Shown: in pieces, positions 54,973 to 64,000 of the stretch | Layout: every line of letters starts with the position of its first letter | Numbering within the stretch: position 1 is the first letter of the stretch | Source of the DNA: Octopus sinensis | Taxonomy: Eukaryota | NCBI RefSeq assembly: GCF_006345805.1 | Contig: NC_043001.1 | Location: 10,664,001-10,728,000, forward strand | Reading direction: 5' to 3' | Length of the DNA stretch: 64,000 bases | The notes under the pieces: generated by a model | The model's input: only the letters and a program-made list of their open reading frames with translations | What the model was told of the DNA's origin: nothing | Databases searched by the model: none | Position numbers and translations under genes: made by a program

Positions 54973-55360
54973 CTAGCAGTATCGCCCGGCGTTGCTTGGG
55001 TTAGTTTCGACCCTTTAGAATTGGAATTTTTGAAAAGTAAAAATTTTGCATTATGTAGCTTGTTATTCTCTTTAAGTGAACATTTTTCTGGTTGAAATAC
55101 ACCGAAAAATGGCGACACAGCAGTCAAAAAATAGTAAAAAATAGGGATTTTCATAGAAAAAAATGCACCTGTTTGATGTAAATAATTTTTGGTGTTTAAA
55201 TGGTCCGATTTGAATTTTTTCTTTTACGGAATGAAGAGCAACCCTTCTTCTATCATAATCTCAATTTTATTCAACTTGCGCCGCTGGGTCTCGGAGGAGA
55301 TAGAGTTAGTTGAAGGCTACCAAACCTGCCATACACAGACAACTTCAGCTTTATATATTT
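54973..55360 (-). mobile_element. Non-autonomous Helitron
   Basis: ctagcagtatcgcccggcgttgcttggg is the reverse complement of the 3' end of the 48513-48910 element; different interior. Confidence 0.8.
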
Positions 55361-55573
55361 TTGGAGATTATTTTGGCATCGCTAAGGTGAACTGGCTAAA
55401 CTGTCTTTTGTGAAATTCTTCAATGAATTATGGAACCAGAGGAAGAAAATTGGTTGCGTCATTTGGTATTTTTGGGTGATTATCTGCAGTCACATAAATG
55501 AAATAAGTTTATATTTAAAGGGAGTCAGTTCATTATTTCTCTTCCCTACAAAATAAAAAAAATTGAGTAGATA

Positions 55574-56158
55574 GGCGTAGGAGTGGCTGTGTGATAAGTA
55601 GCTTGCTTACCAACCACATGGTTCCGGGTCCAGTCCCACCGCGTGGAACCTTGGGCAAGTGTCTTCTACTATAGCCTCGGGCCGACCAAAGTATTGTGAG
55701 TGGATTTGCTAGACGGATACTGAAAGAAGCCCGTCGTGTATATGTATATATATATGTGTGTGTGTGTATGTGTTTGTGTGTCCGTGTTTTGCCCCCAACA
55801 TCACTTGACAACCGATGCTGGTGTGTTTACGTCCCCGTAACTTAGTGGGTTCAGTCCCACTGCGTGGCACCTCGAGTAAGTGTCTTCTACTATAGCCTCG
55901 GGCCGACCAAAGCCTTGTGAGTGGATTTCGTAGACGGAAACTGAAAGAAGCCCGTCGTTTATATATGCATAAATTTGTTATTCTGTGTTGGTGTGTTTAC
56001 GTAGCTGTAACCTAGCAGTTCGGCAAAATAGACCAATAGAATAAGTACTAGGTTTACAAAGAATAAGTCCTGGAGTCGACTTGCTCGACTAAAGGTGGTG
56101 CTCCAGCATGGCCGCAGTCAAATGACTGAAACAAGTAAAAGAGTAAAAGAGTAAAGAG
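55574..56158 (+). mobile_element. SINE family B with internal tandem duplication
   Basis: Restarts at the B box (~55848). Confidence 0.85.
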
Positions 56159-57241
56159 ATACTGTAATTGTTCATGATCCGAATTAAAACAAAAATTCTT
56201 CATGTTACCATTTCCAGCCCTGAAACAACAGAAATCAGAAACGTTGGTGGAATCTTGTTACGAAGTGTTTCAAACTTTCGGTTGAATGTGGAAAGAGGTT
56301 TTATATTTAAGAATTTATGAGCTCAAATCAAGAATAAAACGAAACTCCTTTTGATGTGATCTTCAATGAAAATCCTCGCAGCTCGAGTTAATTCACTTAT
56401 AGTCGTATAAAACTTTGATATCCAAATTTTATGGATTATCTACTCAAGAATTTTATAAATCTAATGTAGATACTGAGAAATACCCACTTTTCAGTAATTA
56501 CGCATTGAAAATTGAATCTCTGATTCCCACCACTTACCGATGTGAATAGTTTTCCTTAACATTAAATTCAGGTAAGAACCAAGAACCATTTGCTCACTAA
56601 ACTTATCGATAATAATCCTGCAAATCAATTAAGAACTACTGCATCATCAGTCTTATCTAACATCTCATTAAGATCCAAGATAAGAGGGTTTATTAAATTT
56701 AAAACATTAAACTCTGTGAAATTCTTTGATGCTTCGATACGTAAAGCACCATAACTGGCGACTCAATGCATTATAACATTTTAATGACTGTTGCTAGGTG
56801 CAGTTGCGTGTACTCATGGAATTTGTAAAATTAAAGTTTCCTTATTTCATTTAGTATGGATGTGCCCCCTCATGTTCCCATCTAATTACAATTTGCCCTT
56901 AGTACCAAAAACATTTCCCAACCCTGCTCTAGAATTATCTGTATTTGGGAGATTATAAGTGGGAGATAGTCATTCTCCTTGTGAATATTAAAAGTTCCTT
57001 GGAGGGTGAATGCATCCACGTATTGCAAAACAACAACAACAACAAAAGCAAAGCGTATTACTTCCGCGTTTGCCGCAGTAATTAATTAGTTAATCTTAAT
57101 TTTTAATAGTGGGTAGGATATATTCATCAAGGATATATTAATCGGAAGAGTTTTAAGAAAGTTTCTTGCCCGCCTACTCTCTCTCACGCGCGCGCTCTCT
57201 GCCTATCTATCTAGCTACCTAAATACACACACAAACATCTA

Positions 57242-57291
<50 letters not shown>

Positions 57292-57343
57292 TAACATCAA
57301 AAAATACTTTAGGAATGAAAACGTAGGTTCGAAATTTTCCCAA

Positions 57344-57389
57344 GACACCTGAAGAAGGCTGGAGGGTATATCAGCCGAAACGTTGTGTT
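57344..57389 (+). ncRNA. Minimal type I hammerhead ribozyme
   Basis: gacac CTGAAGA a ggctg-gagggtatat-cagcc GAA ACGT T gtgtt, within repeat 57292-57486. Confidence 0.75.
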
Positions 57390-57647
57390 AACAACAAACA
57401 AGATGAAGACAAATATCCGTCGAATGTAAATAATGTAAATAATGTAAATAATGTACATAACTCCTCATCTCTTAAATATAGAACTGTATTGAAACGTACG
57501 TTTCTGAAAATTTTAATAAAAAATGCCCATGTTCCTGAAACATATGAGGAAACAAATTTGACTCATGCGAATTTTCCGAGGCTCCTCTCCTAGCTCATGG
57601 ATTTTTTTTCTCAACAAATTCAGATATAATGTGAATCTACATCATCT

Positions 57648-57708
<61 letters not shown>

Positions 57709-57724
57709 CAGTAGTAGCAGCAGT

Positions 57725-57818
<94 letters not shown>

Positions 57819-57830
57819 TTTGTAGTAGTA
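57648..57830. repeat. (GTA)n/(GCA)n microsatellite
   Basis: Direct reading. Confidence 0.95.
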
Positions 57831-57831
57831 G

Positions 57832-59160
57832 ATGAGCCAGTCTAACATCAAACAAGGCATCTTTCAAGGTGACTCCCTCTCCCTATTACTCTTTTGCATG
57901 GCACTGATCCCACACTCAAACGAACTAAGTAACACCAGGTATGGGTTCAAAATGTACAATATTATAGTAAATCATCTGTTTTATATGGACGATCAGCAGC
58001 TGTTTGCTAGGAATGACAAAGAGCTAATATGGCTGCTAACTACTGTTAAAGAGTTCAGCAATGGCATCAGGATGGATTTTGGCCTTGCTAAGTGTGCTAA
58101 AGCAACAGGCAAGCTCAGACAAACAGCTGCCATTAAATTAGATACCGATCTTACCATCAAGGAGCTTGAGCCACAAAGAAGCTATTAATACCTGGAGATA
58201 AACGAAGAAAATGGTACACAATATGCTACTATGAATGAAAAAATAAGAAAGGAGTATTACAGAACAATACGACCTATACTAAAAACTAAACTCGACTCCA
58301 AAAATTGCATCGCAGCCATTAATACCCCAGCACTTCCAGTAGTCCAATACAGTTTTAAAATCATTAACTGGAATCTTACAGAGCTTCAAAGCATGGACAG
58401 GAATACAAGAATATTACTAACATTTAAGAACACGCACCATCCAAAAACAGACGTTGATCGTCTGTACCGACTTAGAAGTAATGAGGGAAGAGGAATGATG
58501 AGGCTAGAACTGTGCTATAAGACTTCCACAATAGCAATAAACAGGTACTTCTATAGTACAGATGATTGGGTGCTGCGGCTTTTGTGCAAATACGAAAGCA
58601 GCAAAAAATTACATTCTATTGTCAAGGAAGCTTGCAAATTCGCAAGGGAACTTGGCATAAATCCTGAATTGGATGAAAAACCTGAAACCACTGATACGAA
58701 AAAAGAAAACGGATCAAACAGATTGCAAAAAGAACGGGCAGAAACAAATTGAGGAGCAGTGGAGCCAGAAACCCCTGCATGGACAGTATATGCTTCGAAG
58801 TCGAAATGCTGATGTAAACCAAGCAACAGCGACCAGTGGCTGAGAAGCTCAGAACTGAAAGGAGAGACTATAGGTTTCATAATGGCAGCACAAGATCAAA
58901 ACGTTCTTCAAAACGGTTCTGACCCTAAATGCAGATCTGCGATACATTTGATGAAACAATAGACCATTTCGTCTCGGGATGTCCTGTGCTGACACCTAAC
59001 GAGTACAAAAATCACCACGATAAAGTAGGACAGTATTTACATTGGAAAATGTGTAAGCATCACCAGATTAGCACTTCTGCTTGCTGGTGTGAACATCATC
59101 CTGCGCCAGACGTTGAAGGTAAAAATGTCACTATCTTGTAGAATTTTCCAGTCAACACCG
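57832..59160 (+). pseudogene. R4/Dong-like non-LTR retrotransposon ORF remnant (RT, zinc knuckle, start of RLE)
   Basis: GIFQGDSLS, HLFYMDD, HHPKTDVDRLY, CDTFDETIDHFVSGC..EYKNHHDKV..LHWKMC; in-frame stops and frameshifts. Confidence 0.9.
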
Positions 59161-59164
59161 ACAG

Positions 59165-59735
59165 CGGAATTTGAACTCAGAACGTAAAGACAGACAGTAT
59201 TTCTCTACTACCCACAAGGGGCTAAACACTGAGAGGACAAATAAATACAGACAAACGGATTAAGTCGATTACATCGACCCCAGTGCGTAACTGGTACTTA
59301 ATTTATCGACCCCGAAAGGATGAAAGGCAAAGTCGACCTCGGCGGAATTTGAACTCAGAACGTAACGGCAGACAAAATACCGCTAAGCATTTCGTCCGGC
59401 GCGCTAACGTGTCTGCCAGCTCGCCGCCTTTAAGTTAATTTTGATATTGTTTGAGCCCGGCGTGCTAACGATTCTGCCAGGTTACCGCCTTAGGCTCAAA
59501 CAATATCAAAATTAACTTAAAGGTGGCGAGATGGCAGAAACGTTAGCACGCCGGGCTAATTGCTTAGAGGTATTTCGTCTGTTGTTACGTTCTGAGTTCA
59601 AGTTCTGCCGAGGTCGACTTTACCTTTCATCCTTTTGGAGTCGCTAATTTAAGTACCAGTTGCATACTGGGGTTGATCTAATCGATTGCCCTACTTTCCA
59701 AAAATGTCGAGCCTTGTGCCTTGAGTAGAAAAGAA
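59165..59735. mobile_element. Divergent (head-to-head) SINE family A pair around an inverted 28-bp spacer
   Basis: SINE(-) 59165-59430, SINE(+) 59521-59735; inverted segments 59430-59457 / 59494-59520. Confidence 0.85.
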
Positions 59736-61165
59736 TATTAAAATCAAGTGTAGCATTTTCAAAGGTGACTCACTTTCACCTCTAATTTTTTGCATAAGTC
59801 TAATACCTCTTACAAGTGACAGGGTACGGTTAAAAAAATTTGACAATAAGAAAATAAGCCATCTATCTTATATGGATGACTTAAAATTCCATGGCAAAGA
59901 GGATAATGAGCTTGAAGGCCAATTACACATTGTGAAAGCTTTCAGTAATGACATGGGGATGGGATTTGGTTTTGGTAAATGTGCCAAGTTTACTTTCCTG
60001 TCGGAAATTGAAGATCACAGATTCGATCATGTTTGATGTTGATGCAGTTATAAAATAAATTGAGCAAGAACAAAATGACAAATACCTCGGAATAAATGAA
60101 GGATCTGACATTTATCATGCACGCATGAAAGAGAAGATCGGAAAGGAATGTTTGTGGGAGAGTTCGGGAAGTCTTGATGTCTGAGCTAAATGCACGTAAG
60201 GTGTTAGCCTTAAATTCTTAGCAAATGTGTTGAACTGGAATATCAGTGAAGTAAAGAAAATTAACAGAAAAATACACAAGCTACTGAGTTGTTATAAGAT
60301 GCATCACCCAAAGGCAGATGTAGATCGTCTTTATCTTCCCTGAGTACAAGGTGGTCGAGGCCCGAACCAGTTTGAACTCTCTTACAAAACCACCACAACT
60401 GGACTGGTCAAATATCTTGAAAACACAAACGACTGGTGGCTAAAACACGTTGAAAACCACGAGAGTCGTAAGAAGCTTCATTCTGTCGTAAAGGAGAGAA
60501 AAAAAATTCGATCTCATGTATGATACCTAGGTTGAACAAACTGAGGGAAGTGCGGCAACTGGTGTTGCAAAAATGGTGAAATTAATGGCAAAGAAAAAGA
60601 GAAGAGCATGAGTAATTGGCCGATAGGTGGCAGCAGAAACCTCTGTACGCCAAATATTTGACCCGTAGCAAACAAGCGGATGTAGACTAGAAGCACATCC
60701 ACCAGTGACCACGGTACTCAGAACTGAGGGCAGAGAGCAAGGGCTTCATCTTCGCTGCTCAAGATCAAAGTTAACTGACTTGGAACTACCAAACCAATGG
60801 GATGAAAAATGAGATAGAGCCAAAATGCTGATTCTGCAATTACTTCATTTCGTTTTGCAAATGAACAGCCTGATGTGTTTAACTTAATGGCTTATCAATG
60901 TATACAGTAAGTATACAGTAAAATACCAGGACTTATAAACACATATAACATACAGAAAATTGCACTACTAGGTACTGCACACATCCTACGCAGAACACTT
61001 TCCATACAATAACCATCAGAGCATCACAACAAATCACAGCACATACCCAAGGCACACAGAGCTGCGCTCGGTAGTGAAGTGAAAGCACGCTATAAAAAAT
61101 AAAACTACTGAGTAATAATGATAATAATAATAATGATAATAATAATAATAATGATAATAATTAAT
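59735..61165 (+). pseudogene. Second R4/Dong-like LINE remnant with 3' end and (TAA)n tail
   Basis: FKGDSLSPL, YMDDLK, MHHPKADVDRLYLP, QKIALLGTAHILRRTLSIQ*, then (AAT)n. Confidence 0.88.
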
Positions 61166-61389
61166 AACAATAAGAATGGCTCTAAACCTGAAAGTATATT
61201 TCAAATATTGAATTTGTTGATTTTTTAAAAATTTCTTCTCTCCATATGTCCACTTTCCCTGGCATTTTTTCTTTCCTTTTTCGTCAAGTGGACAGCTGTC
61301 ATCTATTAAAGAGATTGCTTTTTATTTAATTGTTTTTATTCCTAAATTCAAACAATATTCATTTGTTTCATAATTTTCACTGTTTACCT

Positions 61390-61665
61390 AACGTTTGCTA
61401 AAAGGTTCCCGGCTTTAAGGATATCGCGAAAGACCTGGTTGGAGGTTGAACTTATGAGTTCTTTTCGAGGGCTTAGAAAAACTGAAGGACCGTTGCAATA
61501 AGTGCGTGAATCTGAGAGGGGGAATATTTTATTAAATTCTTTAAATTGTTTCAGTTTTAAAGCTGTGGCCATGCTGGAGTTGAATAAAATCATAACTAAC
61601 TGACCCTCCTGTATTTTCGTATTTTCTTTTACTCAAAACCAGGAACTTTTCAGCACCACTTCGTA
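61390..61665 (+). mobile_element. Mariner-derived MITE or remnant
   Basis: GLEKLKDRCNKCVNLRG(E)Y transposase C-terminus; TIR-like ccaggaacttttcagcaccacttcgta. Confidence 0.6.
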
Positions 61666-61908
61666 TTAATAATTCTGTTTTGTCTTGCGCTGTTCCAGAT
61701 TGCTCTGGCCACAACATCATCGCTTAATGGAACATTCTATTCCGACGAGAATCTCTCGCAGCTTCAATTTGGCTTTGCGTGGCCTTTCTTTAGCTTTGGC
61801 AGATTTTTTAGACTTCTTTTTTTGGGGGGTGATGAAGGTAACCAAGAAAGAGTCTTGCTCCTGGATTGCATGGAGGTAAACTCCAAGATGAGATCTTACA
61901 CTTACAAA

Positions 61909-62139
61909 GGCGGCGAGCTGGCAGAAACGTTAGCACGTCGGGCGAAATGCGTAGCCGTATTTCGTCTGCCGTTACGTTCTGAGTTAAAATTCCGCCGGGG
62001 CCGACTTTGCCTTTCATCCTTTCGGGGTCGATTAAATAAGTACCAGTAACGCACTGGGGTCGATATAATCGACTTAATCCGTTTGTCTGTCCTTGTTTGT
62101 CCCCTCTGTGTTTAGCCCCTTGTGGGTAGTAAAGAAATA
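61909..62139 (+). mobile_element. SINE family A, full-length monomer
   Basis: 19-bp TSD gagatcttacacttacaaa at 61890-61908 / 62140-62158. Confidence 0.93.
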
Positions 62140-62540
62140 GAGATCTTACACTTACAAACTTGTAACCACTTTCTTTTGTATTTTAGTTGATTTTGTATAT
62201 ATTTTTGTTATAGGCCTGAAGATTTTGTTTCAAATTCCTACTTTCAAATTTCTATATGAATTGTTTTACCTTTGGATGGATTTTCAAATATTCCTTGGAG
62301 AGAAAACTGCTTATTTTTCATATTTCTACAAAAATTTAATAGCTGTCCTCATGCAACTTCAACATGGCTTTCCCTCAGCCAGTGATGCTACGTAATTCTA
62401 CCATTAAAGTTTCATATGATGTTTATACAGATTTCAAGCCTTATGTATATACTGTATTTACACGTTTTCCTCAAGCCGCACCGCCCCCAATTTTTTCACT
62501 TAAAATCAAGTAGGAAATAGCGCGACTTATACACGAATAA

Positions 62541-62847
62541 GTGGAGGCACATGGCCTAATGGTTAGAGCAGCGGACTCGCGATCGAGGGATCACGGGTTC
62601 GAATCTCAGACCGGGCGATGTGTGTGTTTATGAGCGAAACACCTAAGCTCCACGCGGTTCCGGCAGAAGGTAATGGCGAACTTCTGCTGACTCTTTCGCC
62701 AAAACTTTCTCTCACTCTTTCCTCCTGCATCTTGCAGCTCACATGCGACGGACCGGCGTCCCGTCCAGGTGGGGAACCTATACGCCAAGGAAACCGGTAG
62801 ACACGGCCCTTATGAACCAGGGATGGCTCGAGAAGGAACAAACAACA
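62541..62847 (+). mobile_element. SINE family C, full length
   Basis: A box tggcctaatgg, TCG anticodon-like loop, B box ggttcgaatct; 12-bp TSD atacacgaataa. Confidence 0.93.
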
Positions 62848-63090
62848 ATACACGAATAAATTTGGTGCGTATAGTAGTCATATTAATAGACAGTGTGGTT
62901 GCAACACCTTTCTGCGCGTCCTCTCCTATAACTTCTGTTTCACGTTAGTAGCCCATGTTATTCTGCGTCCATTATCAGTTGCAGCCAGTGTTTCAAGCCG
63001 AGAAGATGTAAACGCCGTTTGACTTTTTTCTCCATTTCTTCCCTTTTTCTTTGTCCCCCTGACGAAGGATTAAATCTGAAGCGTTGGATA

Positions 63091-63478
63091 CTCTTTTACT
63101 TGTTTCAGTCATTTGACTGTGGCCATGCTGGAGCACCGCCTTTAGTCGAGCAACTGAACCCCAGGACTTATTCTTTGTAAGCTAGTACTTATTCTATCGG
63201 TCTCTTTTGCCGAACCGCTAAGTTACGGTGACGTAAACACGCCAGCATCGGTTGTCAAGCGATGTTGGGGGGACAAACAAAGACACACACATACATATAT
63301 ATATATACATATATACGACGGGCTTCTTTCAGTTTCCGTTTACCAAATCCACTCACAAGGCCTTGGGTGGCCCGAAGCTATAGTAGAAGACGCTTGCCCT
63401 AGGTGCCACGCAGTGGGACTGAACTCGGAACCATGTGGTTGATAAGCAAGCTACCTACCACACAGTCACTCCTACGCC
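63091..63478 (-). mobile_element. SINE family B, full length
   Basis: 7-bp TSD ttggata at 63084-63090 / 63479-63485. Confidence 0.9.
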
Positions 63479-64000
63479 TTGGATATTCCACTCCTCATGG
63501 CTAGTTCACTGTACGCCTTTCACTTTTTTCCATATTTTTTAGTAACTATATATGCCTCCAACACATATTTATATATGACACATTTTCCTTCGTTTATTAC
63601 AATTTATAAGAACAAAACCCTACACACCCTTAGCAGATATTTCTCAAGGCGAATAGCGCAGTTTAGAGGCGCTGAATATATACACTCTTTGACTACGTAT
63701 AGAGATTAGATTGCTAATATGTGTATAAATGAAATGAGTGATGTATAACTATGAATACGAACTCACTCAAACACATATGATTATAAATAGACACAAATAT
63801 ATATTTAAGTCGTATCTCACGGGTGACTTATGAAAGTAATCTTTACGCAGATTAGTTAATGGCCAGAAATTGTTGATAGATTTTTAATCAATCAGTTAAT
63901 TCCGAAAGACTTTATATGTAAGATCGAACTAATTTTCGAACGGCAACTGAGCGAGTTCGTTGCATCAGATTTTTCCCTTTTTCTATTGTAAACAACACAA

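Noticed and set aside
56610-56655. Minus-strand CTGATGA followed by tgca..tgca
   Set aside because: No GAAA, stem III or stem I closure
56160-57050. Possible decayed transposon coding region (also 25600-26120 and 4930-5125)
   Set aside because: Motif hints too weak and fragmentary to assign a family by eye
62541-62615. tRNA-Arg(TCG)-like gene
   Set aside because: Head of SINE family C: no proper acceptor stem or terminator, followed by SINE body and flanked by a TSD

Overview
AT-rich, repeat-saturated eukaryotic (animal) DNA. The SINE families and microsatellite load resemble an octopus genome; this is an inference. No intact protein-coding gene is supported: almost all listed ORFs are translations of microsatellites or SINEs. 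The window holds (i) four abundant tRNA-derived SINE families, many with target-site duplications (TSDs); (ii) decayed non-LTR retroelements (R4/Dong-like, RTE-like, L1/Tx1-like); (iii) a deleted Ty3/Gypsy element inserted in a SINE, plus a second LTR/PBS remnant; (iv) mariner, hAT and Helitron DNA transposons; (v) Penelope-like (PLE) RT and GIY-YIG remnants. The most notable unannotated signal is about ten minimal type I hammerhead ribozyme (HHR) folds from several unrelated short repeat families. They include a canonical copy (45463-45508), a G3-C8 compensatory core variant (41558-41607), a long-stem-II form and copies inside inverted repeats. A second signal is that one SINE family inserts as head-to-tail concatemers that restart at the same internal nucleotide inside a single TSD, suggesting circular-template or slippage reverse transcription. 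All coordinates were read by eye.
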